A DNA stretch of 64,000 nt from Bugula neritina (GCA_964035545.1 OZ037766.1:13444722-13508721); one strand, 5' to 3'; positions 27,980 through 63,680 are shown, counted from the first letter of the stretch. Numbers and translations: made by a program. Notes: a model not told the origin generated them from the sequence alone.

Positions 27980-30900
27980 CTTCATGTCGACTGTCTGCCC
28001 CAAACAGGGATGCCTGGCTTTGTTATGGAGACAATAGAATGCCGAGTCTGACCTTAAGCCTGAGGTACATTACATTGTTATCAATTGATTTCTTAATGGA
28101 CTTGATGCTTTCCTTTACTAAAACAATCACTGCAGCTATATGAAAAGATTGGTGATATTTGATGTGTAGACTTGTTAGTAATAATTGTGTGAATATGGGA
28201 GTTGTTTGCTCAATGAGACTGGAGCTGCTTTCATTCATCTAGGTTTAATAGATTTGCTCATCAGATTTTTGTATTAATATGAAAATATTGTTTTTAATGA
28301 ACTGCACCAGGAAGTTGCTTGCACACTCAATTTACTCAACTTTTACATGTCTATGTTGATAGATAAGCTTTTATATTTTTTCAATTTTATTCTGTATATT
28401 TTTATCTGATTATTACCATTTACAGCATGTAACCCAAAATTAAGTAATCCCATTATGATATGTTGATGCCATTAAAATCTATGTAAGTCCAAAATAGTTT
28501 GAATGCTGGGGAGACAATTTCTATGATCAAATTCGATTAACATCAAAATCATTATTTATTATAATTTGTAACATTCCAGAATTTTTATTTTTATAGTTCA
28601 AAGAGTTTTGACTTGTATTTTTGCATGCTTTCTAAATAAATTTCTAATGTTCTTTTCAATGTCACATGAGGCAGTATTGCAAAGGCCTACCATGATATAT
28701 GATGCTTATTATATGCAATCATATATTATAATTTAGTGACAGTTATCATTATATACTTGTATAAATTCAAGGTATTAACTATATAATGAGAACACAGGTC
28801 AATCGTCTGTTATGTCAGCTCACTGGAGGAAAAGTTCAGTTCAACCTATTCAGCACTCGATTTAATTATGCATTGCTATGTGCCATTCTTTAAACATTTC
28901 TGTAGGTAGTGGATTACGTGTATTGAATATCCTTGGACAGCACAGTCTACTGCAGTCTGGCCATTGCCCCTGCTAATTTTACATAGTAAAATGATTATCA
29001 ATAGTAAAACTGGAGGTAGCATTGATCATTCAAAGCTTCTGCATCTAAAACTCATAGGATTATGGCTATTCACGGCCTTATATATGCATACAAGGCTATT
29101 TGCTTGAGCAATGCATATCCAGTCAATTCTTAGCATGCAAAAGTCATTCTGAATGTAGAAGCTAGTGGCAGAATTGGTTGAAAGGTGAATTGGTTGAAAT
29201 TGGTTTAAAGCGCCAATTTTTCAGCAACCATTCATGGTATATTTAGAATGGATAAATAAAGCTGTTCTATTTACTCCAAGCAATGAAAGCAGGGCTATTT
29301 GAGATATCTTTCTTGTTATTACCTAGCTCTTTTGCTAGTTGCATCTTGAGTATAAATACTTGGTAAGCAGTGAGTCTAAGCTACGGTCACACTGAGTTCA
29401 AACTAAGATATCTTCCTTTCTTTGTTCTGCTCAAGTTACTAGTCCTAACAACACACGCCAGTTGATTTTAGGGCTGGTCCTTTATATATCATTAATATAA
29501 TCTTAAACCAACAACACTAAAAACTTACACAAGATAAAAAACAATAGCACACAATAGCCGCACGTTATAGCATTGATGCATATAATACATTGTTAGTAAC
29601 TCGTCAACCTGTCTTACTTAGTGATTACTAGATTATTTGTACAGAAGACTGCATTTGTATTTTGTTTCAAAGGCAGTAGATGTATATTATTCAATGACAA
29701 TTGCAGCTTCATTCATACACGAAGGAAATCTAGCCACTCAAAATGCAATGCTATACAATTTGCCCTACCTAGAACAGGCTGGTAACGTTACGTTACAGTA
29801 TACCCCAACTCTACTTGTTAGTAATGCTATATAGCTATAATGTTAATACTTCTACAACTATTGCTTAACAGCTTTACATCTTGTATGTACAACACTACAA
29901 GTATTACTAAATATCCAGCAAGCTAATACTTTATACACTGTTTATAACATTGGTAATCTTATTTTACGGCATAAATATATAACTAGTTTACCATACTTTT
30001 CATAGATATATGGGCCTGCGTATCACACATGTTGCTTGTGACCATAAAATCGCCTGAATTCACTACTGCATGCATGATGTTTCAGGTATCAAAATTCGTG
30101 CAACCAAACCTATTCTAAAGTGAAAAGAAGTTTTAAAGTACATGATCTGTGTGGTTTTACTCTATTGGGTATGCAGTAAATCATAACTACGAATCAACAG
30201 GAAAATGCTTAAGTCATTGTTTTAAAGTTTCAGTGGTTGTCCATCAAATCATGCGTTTTTCTTGTATTGGTTGTTGTTAGTAACTCTAGTTTAGTCCTAT
30301 ATATACAGACATAAAAATTAAATGAAAATCTCCTGAAAAAATTGCTAGAATCATTCTGCATTAATACAATTATTTTTCATAATAACTTTTCTAATGTGAT
30401 TTGGTACTGTATCATTTCAAAACAACTTTTTCCAGCATAATAAAACATATCTGGTATTTTATTAGTTGCTTCTGCAAACTATACATTTCACTCTGTCCAA
30501 TTCTTCCGGCTTTACTCACAACTTACTACTACTATACTTACTTACTGCAGATAGATCTACTTACATATAGTTATTTATTACTACCTGACTATAAGCCCTA
30601 TAGTGTATATGTACTCTTTTGCCAGCATTTTGATTTGGAAAATCTCAGTTATTTTTTAATATACTTTATGAAAAGACATTTGCTGTTAATGTTGAGTTTC
30701 AGGGTGTAGACATCATACGGTCAATTTCTTTACATAATACTGGTAATGTTTGCTTTTGATGTTGCTTATTCATGCAGTGGCTTGTAATAAAGTAAAACAG
30801 GTTTTGGATATGATTCATAAAATCAGACAGTCAACACCAAGAAGTGGGTGTTGGACTCTGTAAGCCCCTCCTATTTCACTTTTTTTCACTAAAAAGACCT

Positions 30901-33026
30901 TTCGAATTTTTCATGAATGATATTTAGTGAAAATTTGATATGTGTTTGTCTAACCATTTGTGTCATGATAAAGTAAAGAATTCTGTAATTTGAAACTGCC
31001 ACTCAAACTACTTGTTGAAATACCAGCTTTCTCTTTGAAATAAAAAAAACTCCCCATCTCTTTATTAATGATTAAATTTTATAGCATCTGTACCAGTTTC
31101 ACTAAGTTAAAATTTTTGAGCTATTTTAAGCTCTAAATAATAAACCATAAGCATAATTTTAGTTTTAAATATTTCTTTATTTTTAACTATAAATAATCTA
31201 CATTTACAGCTATGTTATATATTATGTAATATGCTTAATGATTTTAAGATCAAAATGTATTTTAATAACATATTTTGATCTTAAATTAGACTATTGATTT
31301 AGTTCAATAGAAGCCATCATTAAGTTCATTCATTAGCAGCAGGCAAACGCGTAGCCAATGCTGCATTGAGGGGAGGAGTCCCATTTGCATATGAATGGTC
31401 TATTGTCTGTACGCTAAAAACTGGCTTGGTGTTTTGTATTGCGGCAAATTTGGCTACACTAGCTTGCAAGGATTAAGGCAGACCTCAGCTGGCATCATTT
31501 GGTCAAATTGGATTAGCTGTCAGGTTTAAGCATCGCAGAAAAAAGACACATTTTACTTTGAGAATATCTAGCTCTATGGTTTCCTTATTAACGAACGTTT
31601 AGCTGATCTGGAAAAACTGCTCCAGCTTTCATAAAGTATGTAAGTATTTCGTTTATTCATAATATAAGCCAACTTGTGATTGTAACTGTGGTAAGTTGGT
31701 CAACTTCCATTTCTTATTTAAGTAGTTTGTACCATTTGATAATATTCTGACTTTTCATTCAACATTTAGGTCTTGCAAGCCAACTTGCTAACTTCTTCAA
31801 TTTGTTTCCAGCCAATACCGACGCAACTTGTATTCTGTTATAGTCAGTTCTACCAAAGTTACCCCCTTCAAGTAATAAAAAATGATCTAAACTCAAATTG
31901 AATTAAAATATGTATTTTATATAATTTTTATGTTAAAGGAATTCTTTGAAACTACTTTTCAGTGCAGTAATGCATTTATATATAAAGTTTGAAGCAGGGT
32001 GGAGTGAATTTTTTTCACTGCTGTGCTTTAAGAATTGTTAACCAATTTTTGGCTCGTGTAAATATTTTTGATGGCAGGCATTTTGTATATTAGTTCTTAC
32101 ACATTACACACTTTCAAAAAAGCTTGTAGATTTCTTTTTCTCCTAAAATCAGTTTGAAATTTAAAACTTGAGTTGATATTGTTATTTGGAGTTGTTACCT
32201 CCATTTTTATATTTGCTTGCCCTCTGCCACACTCAATATTTAACTCCTACCACTCATTGCCTTTAATTAGAAATAATAGTTACTAATGTATGCGATGTTG
32301 GATTGTATTTTATACAGCACTATAAATGATTTGGGGTGTTGCGACTGCTTTTTGTATGAATGAAGTTAAGCTTTTCATGTTATTTGCATGAGTAATGACC
32401 TTTTAGGTTTGCTTTAGCTGCATGTACTAAAATTGCATCTAATGCTTGTCCAAGCCCTAGAAGGCGTCTAGTTATCTCATATTTTCTGCAATGTATTCTA
32501 TACAAAGCTCATGCGTGCCAGCTAATGATTTTAATTCACCCAAGTGCAACTATTTTCTAGTGGCATTTAGCCTTTTGTTTGAATAGCAATGCACAGCAAA
32601 CACCGGGTTATTATTATATAGTTTTGAACTATAGAAAAAGAGCCGGTTACATTTTCTGTATGATCACCCTACTAGAAGCTTGCTGAAGCTATAAATGCCA
32701 CTGGATGAATATGCTGACTATAAAAGAAGTGTATTGACTAGCATTCATGCGTATAAGCATTGGTTAAAAACAATACTAATGAACCTGACACCAAAGAGAT
32801 TGGTGAAAAGTTTATCTCAGATTTTTTACAGTGTCAATGCAAGAGTCTATTTTACAACTGAGACCGGCACAAACATTTTGAGAGAATACTTTTTTTCATT
32901 CTTCTTGTTAAAGTAATGGTTGCTTCTATTCTATGTTATGTCTCTGCTCTACTTATGTTATGCAAATGTACATCTTCAATCTCACTTAATTATTTCTGTT
33001 TGGTATTTTACCTTAGGAAGCTGAAG

Positions 33027-53355
<20,329 letters not shown>

Positions 53356-54568
53356 CAAACATAATCCATCTACTACATAATTGTTATTTGCCATTATTTT
53401 TTTTCAATTATACTTATAAGCTTATAATTTTATTGTTTGCGTCATTGTTAACTATATAATTATTGTGTAAATTTGGAAGTGTAGATACTTGAAGTTTAGA
53501 TTCGAAAACATATTATGCAATGTATTGGAGAATCTTTTTTGTTACTTTTATTAATCTGTGATTTTACTACACTTTCACCTGCTTTCGAAAACACTGCTGA
53601 TCGGACACCATAGTAATGCCTTGTATTTCGTATGCACTGTTTCAATTATCTTAAAATTCATTATAAGTTTGAAAATTTGGATTTATTTAATCATGCAGTT
53701 TGCTAGACTAGATTGTCACACTAACTAAAATAGTATAATTTTTATTCATTACAACTTTACGCAGCCATATCTTTCCTAAAAGCATTTACAGTTTGCAAAG
53801 TGGTAACTATCTTTTTGATCGATGATGGATTTGAATTTACTCTTTATATTTTCTGAATAACATTATATTATAAGGTTGTGCACTTACAACTGTTGACAAT
53901 TCTTTTTTGAAACTAAGTAGATGATAGGCTATACACATTCAACAAATATATATTTTTAAATTTAGACATTATTGCTCAAATAAATCTTTAAAAATCAGTG
54001 GCTTGGGAACTAGTATTTTATTTTATAAGTCTATAATGTTGATATCCTAAAAACACCAAGAGTCATAATACAAGTAACAGGGCTGTAGAATATGCATTAC
54101 ATAATATAGCAGAAAAAGAACGAATAGTGATAAAAAGCTAGATCTAATTTACTAACATTATTTTAAGTACTGAGAGTGTCCTGCACAATAAAAATTGGAC
54201 AAGATTTATGGCTTTAACCTATTGTAGCAAAAATAAAAACAAATTCATAACGTTCAATCATCTTTATCATGGATTCTATTGCAACATCTACTAATTAAAT
54301 TCTGTCTCTCTTGCTGATGACAATATAATAATAAAAATCACCACCATGTTGAACCTAAAGGCTGGGATTGCCTTTTAACTGTCTCGCCCACAAGTAACAG
54401 CATTAATTTACGTAATTTATATAAAAAAAACTGTAAGTCCGGTAGTTTGAACACAATGGAACGGTTTCTTTGCACATATATATAAAAAGGGCAGTAGTTG
54501 AATAAAAGTTTAAATATTATTAAAATATTAGACTGCTATTTTCACATTATGATGGGTGAGTCTACAAT

Positions 54569-57500
54569 TTAAGTTAGAGATTTCATTTCTGTTGCCGGAG
54601 AAACTAAAGGTAGAGCAACTTCTCCGTTGCCAACACTCTGTACATCCTGTTCTGCAGATGCTTTGTGACGGGAAAGTTGGTCAGGGAGGGGCAGTTCAGC
54701 GGTCTCCGTCAGTACCAATGATAAAAAGGCACAAAGTAAAGCTGCACTTCCAAATATTACAAATGGCAGCTGATCCAAATATTTATTCTAAAAATAAAAG
54801 GACAGATTGTAAAATTATATTAGCGCTTATTTTTGATGATATACCAAAATGCAAACAGTATACTTCAGAAACGTACACAAGTTATTGTCATTAAGGAAAA
54901 GGTTGATAGATTTATAGTTTCTCCTTAAAACATGGGTTGCTGGAAATAATAACCAGAGATCACACGGTAATAACTTAATATTGCTTTCTACTATTAATAT
55001 TTGCAATATTCTATACCCACAGTACACTTTTTGTTAAATTTTAGTATATGCTACATGCTTTTTGCAATTTAAGCAGAGAGGAGCAATAATACTGAAGATT
55101 TAACTAATAAAAAGGCACCTAGAAATGAAAAAGACATGCTATAGAGCTAGAAAATTTGAGCTTTAAACTTTTTCTAGCAAATTCAGGAGCAGAACAATCT
55201 GACTTTACATGAAAATGAGTAATGTTGAATATTTTGCTGCTTGCTCTATAACAGATGTAAAACAATTAAAATAACGCAGAAAATCTTTGATAGAAATCAC
55301 TTAATAAAAATCTAAATTTACAAGTTTAACTTCATCAACAGCGAGATTCTGGCATTCAAAGCTGTAAAAAGTCACCAATTCCTACTCACCAAGGACACAA
55401 TCTGTGGAGCGATAACTCCACCAATACGGGCCATGAAAGCACAGGCCGCCAGCCCTATATTTCGTACGAGTGTCGGAAAGGTTTCTGCAGAAGACACCTG
55501 AACAGCTGCCCAACCGCCAGATGCTGCAGATTTGCCAATAAGAGCCAGAATAAGTACAGCAGCTGGTGATGCCACATCTGAATGTAATGAATAATAATTA
55601 TACAGCCATGTTGTAAGCTGAAACTTGTAAAACTTTTGTCTTTTGTTTTGACTAACTAGTACTGGTAAGGAATATCAAAATATAAAATATTAGTACATTA
55701 GTAAAACATTCTTACTGGTAGAGTCAACTATCATAATGGAGCCAAGAGACAATCCAGATATAAGAAACAGTGAAAATAAAGTCCATCTGCGACCAATTCT
55801 ACAACAGAACAAGCAAATGGTAAACATTTCCTCCTCTTCAAGCACTATACAAGAAGATACTCACTCTTTTTACTAATCATCTTTAGCAAATGACTGCATA
55901 ATATAGAAATGCTGTTGGCTTACAGGTAGTTTTCATGGATTTTGCAAACATTAAATGGATTTGATAAAACATTTTTAGAAAAAAACTCTGAAATATATTG
56001 TGGGCAAAATCAGGTTCGAGAATTGAAAGAAATGCGATCTCAAAAAATTTGATCAACAGTGATGGGCATAAGAGAAACCTAAATTATGCTCTGATCAACA
56101 AACTCAAACAAATTTTATAAAGATGATAAGATTAAATGGAGACTAAACTAATGGGTTTAGTTTTCAAGTCTGCTAGAACAGACTATCACAAACAAGTTTT
56201 AATTATTGACATAAGAATGCAATGAAAGGAAAAAGAAATTACTTACTTGTTACTGACCAGCAATACAAATACCAACGCTGGAATCTCAACTAAACCTGAC
56301 AGAAAGAAGTTGATATATCGATCTCCAGAGAGATTCTTCAGATTGAAGCTAATGCCATAATAGACTATGCTGGAAGAAAACCTGAAACCACACCGGATAC
56401 AGTTTAGTATAGCTATGAAACTTACACGGTAAAGAGTTAGCAGCTAGCCATTCAGTAGTGGTTGCAGCATAAAATGTGGTGAATATGCAGCATGAGATGA
56501 CAACTCCAAGTTGAAAATGTTTTAAATTGACAAGTAGACAGCAGCAACATAAAATTTTTATAATTTTTATTCATTCCAATAAGCTTAAATAAAAATGCCT
56601 TTTAGCTGGTAAAATTTCAGCAAATTAATAACTGATACGGGTCTTAATTCAGAAATAACAAGGAAGAATACATACCAAGCGTACATACATATGAAAGTGT
56701 ACAAAGCTGACTTTGGGTTTAAACACAAATGCCAATAACTGAAGTATTTACTCCTGTTATTCAACTCTTCATTATTCTACAAAATTACCACAAAGCATGA
56801 CATTGATGTATTATATGCAAAGTCATAGAGCTATACAATAAATTTTTTATTTGGAACACAAATTTTTGTTCAAATTTTCAGTCACTTTAACAAATCAGCT
56901 CAAGAGGTGACTATTTATTCTAAACTACTTGCTAAAAACATGATATGGCGGATTATCCAATTCTCCCCTACAGACTCCTTCTCCTTCAGAGTCAAGTAAC
57001 CTCACTTTGCTAATTTATTTAATAGGAATTACATATTAAGAGTTCAATCATTAATAGATAAACGTTAGTGTAATAATACCGAAGTTATTCTTTTCAGTGT
57101 TTGCAAATCTGGAGCAGCAGTTTTATTTTTATTTGCCATGGCATTTAAAATCTGATGAGCTTTTTCAAACCGTCCCCTCGAGACCAGCCAACGGCAACTT
57201 TCCGGAATAAACCTGTAAAGTAAATAATTAGAATCCACCCCATCATATAGCCGCTTTTTCTATGTCTAGTGGTAGAACAAAACAAAAAGGATTTAAATTT
57301 TAGAAATCATCTCTACTGAAATAAAACCTATGACTCTGATTAAGAGCTAATCTACCAACAACTTAAGGAAAATAGAGATCACTGGAGCAGCAGCAGAGCA
57401 ACAGGACAGGAAACAGGCTAAGGATTGTGCCTGTAACCATGCTGACGACATAATTTAAGAGTTTTCAAAGTAGCGTAATGACGTTACGGACACCATCAAT

Positions 57501-60500
57501 GACCCCACTGATATCTAACCTTGTGACTTATGTCATACTAGTTCAGCGCTACAACCGCTTGGCAAAAGCTGCTCCCACTTAACACAAGCACTAAAATAAA
57601 CTAATTAAAACAAAATAAAACTCACAATATAAATTAGGAGAACAAGTGCACTGTCACATCTAACGTCCTTACCACCAGAGTCCAGCCAGTGGTATACAAG
57701 CACACGATGTCGCTATACACAGGTGTCTCCAGTTTCGAATGAAATAGGCCCACAGGGGCAAAATCATCAGACCAATTGCCCAAAAGCCAAGACACACTGT
57801 CAGTGTACGCCACTTGATACCAACATATTCGATGGGGAGAACGAGTGCCGTCACCAAAAGACCTGAATAAAGTAGAAGACTACATTAAGGAGAAATCACT
57901 TGTGATTAACCCTAGAAGGTCTCGGAGACTCAATAGTATAAGGATCAAGGATGTGCCGTTTAAAACTTACTGCAGATGATTAGGATAAAAATATTTAAGT
58001 ATTAGTGAAAAGGTGAAGTGGAAATTTTTTCTTTTTTCCAATCATGGGGTGTATATTGTGCTATATGTGTTCCTCTTTTTAGGTATATGTGAACAGATAA
58101 AAGTTAGAAATTCATCTCAACTCAATTACCAGTATATTTTCCCAACTCTCCACCCCAAGAGTTTTTGAGACTATAAGCAGCATAAAAAGATTTTAATGTT
58201 AGTATGAAGTGAGTGGCTTCCACTACCATTAGTGAGTCAACAATTTGATCATTCCGCAAATAGATCCGAGAGCTATTATTACACATTATTAAATAACTAC
58301 AGATTGCTTAATGCTGCCGTAAATATATTATCTTCATAGAGCTTTTCCTTTCCTAAATTTCTATCAATATAAAACCCTTTCCACACAAAAATGCTACACT
58401 CGTACAATAAACTATATAATCTAGTAATTCTCACGGATACTTAAAGATAACGTAGTCCATTGTAATACAAAGACTACAGAAAAATAACTGTTGTTTATGC
58501 ATTAACACAATACTTATAACCAAATAATTACAGACTTACTAAAGTTTATAGAACGATTAGTTGAGAATAACATGACAAGGGTCTAGGACCTAAGTTAGCA
58601 CTAACTAAAATGAGAAACTATAACTTATAGTATTATATAAAGCAGTAATACCAGCTACCGAAGATGGTGAGTGAGAACAACTCCTAGTACTACTAGAATT
58701 CATATGTTGATGAGCAGAAAATTCGATAGCAGAACCAGGTTTAACAAATTGAAATAACACACAGTTTACTATATCTTTCATGCAGGAAAAAATTACAATT
58801 TGTTTAAGAACACTTGGTGTTTCATCATGTATTGTTTTTGTGACATAAAGCTTTATTTACCTCCGATGGCAGCTCCAACAATTAGCCTTAGGGCAGCATA
58901 TACAGGCCAGGAAGGTGCCAGGCCCGATGACACCCCAAAGATAACAAGCATTATGTGAGTAACAAACAGCACCTTCTTTCTACCTACAAAAGAGCAATTA
59001 ACACTTGTTGTGTGACAGAAATATGGCTTAACATAGATTGTCAGATATGCATGCCGTAATAACTGGTGTAATACAGAGGTACAGTGGTGATACAGTTGAC
59101 ACATTATTCAATCAAAATGATATTATTTCAAATCGCAGGAAAACATTTATAATTTATCTTGTCAAAATTAATTGAAATTACAAATATGTAGAGATATATT
59201 TTTTATAGAAACACTATCAATTAAAATAGACAGCTTTCGTAAGATAAATGGATGCAGTGAATCTTTAGAATTACATTTCTTTTTATAGGCAAAAACGGAG
59301 TAACACCAAAAATATTACTCAAATAACTTAACTATCCCAGTTCAACTATGTAGCCTAACATAAATAAAAAATATAAAAACCCATAAAGAACTCATTAGAT
59401 ATGAACTTCCAAATTTTATGTAAAAGCATGTATTTCAGCAAGGTTTTCCTGCCAACAATTATGACAGCTGGTGTAAGAACAAAAATTTTTTAGTTTCATC
59501 AGGTGTCTCTTATTAAGGTACAAATATTTTTTGTTTTTTAATTTAATTCTATTTAATTAATAGAATATGTCTATTCGATAAAAAAAAACAAACACTAAAA
59601 TTATTGCAAAATAACTTCTTAGCAAACTTGAAGGTAGCAATAATTAGCAATATTAAAATCTGGGTTACCATAACTACTTACCAAATATATCTGCCATTTG
59701 CCCGGATACAGTAGCACCAATAGCAAGTCCCACCATCTGTAGTGTTGTGATGAGATCACTCACATAGTCTAGGTCGCATACCAAACCAAACTGTTCAGAA
59801 AATACAAATTGGTAATATTAAACAAAGCTAAACATAAAGACTTGCAAAACTTCAATCTTTACCAACACAAACTTGCAATTGGAAAAATTGAAGTATTTGC
59901 AATTCGTTAATCCATTCCCATGCAATTTCACAGTATATATTATATATATTTCTGCACACACACATTACAATATGTTGAAGTGATATACCTGCGTTACTAT
60001 AGAAGTGAAAGATTGATGAAATATTATGTTGGAACATTTGGTGTCATTAAAGCTGCACTGTTTATGTAGGTATATAACTTGACTATTATTTGCCATACTG
60101 CTAGCTGCTGTGCCATTGTCAGAAACTGCAATGAAATAAACAAAAAAATAATATATGCATGTAATGCATACAGTGGTTTATGTAAATTCAAGCTAGTTGA
60201 TATGTCAATATAGAAAAAACTTATCTAGGTAGAAATTTCACTCAACAAAACTTTTGAAAAACAACTGTTAGTAAATTGGTAGCCAAAATCCTTGTAATCT
60301 CATTTCAAAAAATTTCAAGTACGACCACAAAATTTGATGTGTTGAAGTTTTGCCATAACAGCTAGGTTTCTGTGAGTATTATTCTGCACAGTGACACCAA
60401 AGCAACAACAGAGCTTATTCATGGCACAAGAGGGAGGTGACCAATAAACTAGCAGCTTTAGCAGAGCTTCTGTATAACAAGAAATTATTATGCTACATCA

Positions 60501-61650
60501 GGTTAGAGGGGAACAGCAAACTTATAATATAGATGAGTAAAATAACTATAAATATAAGAGATATACAATTAAAACAGTCAACCATAAGCAACACTGTATG
60601 ATTGTTGCAGGAGCTTTTTTGTAGCTTTCATAAAATCATTGTGTAACGAAAACTTTTTGTGAAAGCCTTCGCAATAACTATTTACTGGCAGTTTTTGTTC
60701 AATGAGAGGGTAGCTCAATTTTCCTCCTGCTAAAGATGCAGGCAATTTATACTTAATTGTCAAAATAACTGTAAGTATCGAAATAACTGTAAGTATCGAG
60801 TATGATATTATCTTTTGTTTTGAATTTCATTAACTAAATGTTTTGTCAGCTGCGTAATTAATTATTTAATGTTAAGTTAACAAGATGTTTTTAATTTTCA
60901 TGGTTATAGGTTACAGTTCAAGTCTAAGTCTAACTTAGGAAATATACTGTTGGCAATAGACAAAAAGTAGAGTTGTGGCCTGCTTCTGTGTCCTCCATCC
61001 ATTCACCCTTCATTAAGTGAATCACAATACATAGGCATCCGTGCCAAACAGCACCCATGCTGACACAGCAAAAATTATCAGCTGATACAGTAACCATTAT
61101 CAGCTGATACAGCAACAATTATCAGCTGATACAGTAACCATTATCAGCTGATACAGTAACCATTATCAGCTGATACAGCAACAATTATCAGCTGATACAG
61201 TAACCATTATCAGCTGATACAGCAACAATTATCAGCTGTTACAATGATCAACTTGACAAATGTTTTGTATCAGCGAATCCTAAGCTAATTAATCTGCCTA
61301 GAGAGCGGGCTACTCAAAAAAGAGGAAAGGGCTATTCATAAAACAGGATGATTTGAAATCAAACTCATTAGTAGTGAACCAAAATCAATTTTTGAAAAGA
61401 AACTAGTAGCACAGCAATTAAATTTGAGATAGACAAAATTAAAGTTTCAACTAAAATTAGAGAACAAGAATAATTTGTACTCACTTATGTCAGTAACTTC
61501 GCACCACCAATCAGGTGTTGCACCAGAAAACACAGGCAAAAGCATAGCCCATACAGCTGCAAAGTCAAATAAGTTGACAAGCATAAATACTTGTATTTGG
61601 TAAGGCCCAAATAAACCCACATATTTCAATACTTCATCAAAGTCACTCAT
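54569..61650 (-). CDS. SLC22-family organic cation/anion transporter (MFS, about 527 aa)
   Basis: Predicted exons (minus): 61650-61485, 60125-59989, 59790-59682, 58983-58861, 57862-57673, 57212-57080, 56776-56676, 56381-56247, 55798-55716, 55577-55390, 54787-54569. Motifs: MSDFDEVLKYVGLFGPYQ, FTSIVTQFGLVCD, ADIFGRK, FIPESCRWL, YYGISFN, VEIPA, IGRR, AETFPTLVRNIG, LTET...LP. Confidence 0.92.
61074..61243. repeat. 22-bp minisatellite ATTATCAGCTGATACAG(TAACC/CAACA) x7 plus a partial unit
   Basis: Exact tandem units of two variants, each containing the 12-bp palindrome TATCAGCTGATA; located in the first coding intron of SLC22. Confidence 0.95.
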
Positions 61651-62389
61651 TGTTCAACTTGCCTGCAAAATATGAAAATTGACTAAAACTAAAGCATGCC
61701 TTGTAGTATTTTTAGTATTTACGTAACATCATAAATATATAACTTAGATATACGAATATGCAATTAAAACAATCTCTCAGAATTTTTCCAATTTTTCACC
61801 CAAAACATATCAAAATTTTAGCATACTCATAACAATTAGATATAATAGATTTCACAACTATATTTCAATAACCAGCAATACGTCAACTAAAATCAGAAGC
61901 TAGTTCAAATCAGTTTGTATTGAACATTTGCTGGCTTCAGTATTTAAAACTAGTTGACTGAGACTGACTTGCTAGCAGCAAACTTAATCACTCCATAAAT
62001 CAACAAGCATAAAGGTTTCTATTAAATAACTGCAATGATTGAAAATCTGTGTGCAAATCAAAGTCATACCTCATATGTTAATTGATTCAGTTTTTAGCAT
62101 TTAATCTCATGTACTTGCCATATAACAGGCATTTAAAAAAACTTTTTAAAACACAATCATATGGATTTTAATTTGACAGTGTCACAATTTTGACAAAAAT
62201 CACTCAATTATTTAATTATGAGTAAATTAAAATAACTATATTAATTAGGTTTACAGTGCTGATAGCTTTTGCAACTAAAAGTAAATAGTACTATGTTATG
62301 ACCTTTAGTATTACATTTAGTGTATAACACTAACAATAACAGCATTTAATGATTATATTTTTGCTTTTAGCTACTTGAGTAATTCCATA

Positions 62390-63145
62390 TTTACTCGAAC
62401 TTACTCGAAGTGATCATCACACTGGACCGCCCTAGAGAGAGGAAAGGGTGTGCCGCATATGAGTAATATGTTGAACAGTCATTGGTCAATAGTCATACAA
62501 TTAGTACTGTTTAGACTGTATTTACTGAACAGGAACTTAATTCTGTCTATGTGGAGACCTCTGAATCATTGCTTTGATTGCGACCAATTTTCAGATCTCG
62601 GATAGTCCTTGGGAGAAAACTGTTCAGGTACTTTGTGCTGTTAGCACCCATTAATCGGGGCTGTCTCCTCGCTTGGGAGGAAGTCTGTATAGCGCTGTTT
62701 GTCGGTTTGTTCAGCAGGTCATCACAGACAGAGCTGAGAGTCAGATGTTGTTCTTTTGCCAGAATCTTCATAAGGAGATTAATACTTCTGGTTCTCCTTC
62801 TCTGTTCAAGGGGCTGTAGGTAGAGTTTCTTCACGGCACTTTCCAAATCTTCGCAGCTTTTAATATTACCTATGAATCGCACTGCATTCACTTGTATTTT
62901 TCCAAGTCAGAAATATGCTTTTTGCAAGTTGGGTCCCAAGCTGCACTAGCATACTCAAGGTATGGTAGACACAAGGCTTTATATGCAATCAATTGGGCTT
63001 GTTGGGGGGGGGGGGGCAGTAGAGAGCACTTTTAATTATACTGAATTGTTTTCTAGCATTTAGTATTTAATTTGATATAATTATATGTTTGCTGAACCTG
63101 CAATCTGATTGCAGTGCAACACCCAAGTATTTTGTAGATGTTGAG
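62390..63145 (-). mobile_element. Decayed 5'-truncated non-LTR retrotransposon (LINE; C-terminal RT region and 3' tail)
   Basis: Minus strand encodes KYLGVALQSDCRFSKHI...AYKALCLPYLEYASAAWDP..ISDLEK, then after a frameshift QVNAVRFI..LQPLEQRR..YLNSFLPRTIRD. It ends in a short tandem tail (TTCGAGTAA x2) at about 62391-62409. Confidence 0.85.
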
Positions 63146-63399
63146 TTTTACTGTCCGTGATACTTATACTTATAGTGATACCTAGCTTTTGTTATACTTA
63201 TTTAAAAACTAAAGTTACATCTACAATTAATATCAATAATCAATAAATACCAAGTGGCGAGTAACCACTGAAATGACTAGAAGTAGAACTCAAAAGTTCT
63301 CCCGATTTATTTTTCTTACTTTTAGTTCTTACGTTCTATCTAACCTTTCAACTTTGAAGTGAGTGTAAAACAAACTAGCCACTACTTGAATCCTTCAGT

Positions 63400-63680
63400 T
63401 TTATCATAGCTATACTAACTTTAATAATAAAAATATAAAATAAATACTTATACTATAAGTATAATATTTTTAACATAAAGACTCTGAGAGCGAGACTCAG
63501 ACTGAGAATATCAGTATCAGTATGACTATGACTATGAGTATGACTATGAGTATAAAAGATAGAATAAACGTTAGAAGTACAAATATCACGGTACGATTCA
63601 GTATGAGCATGAAACTAAAAGACAGAGTCTTTTATATAACAACCTTATATTATGGTCATGATGGTGCCATAGTGATAATC
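63400..63680. repeat. Hexamer-periodic low-complexity tract next to the putative SLC22 promoter
   Basis: atcagtatcagtatgactatgactatgagtatgactatgagtat, the same motif family as at about 14397-14422. Confidence 0.6.

Noticed and set aside
28000-33000. Short ORFs between the IL17R-like and collagen genes
   Set aside because: No recognisable domains or consistent exon chain; likely UTR, intergenic DNA and the collagen 5' UTR intron
61074-61243. CRISPR-like appearance (palindromic repeats)
   Set aside because: No unique spacers, no cas genes, eukaryotic intron
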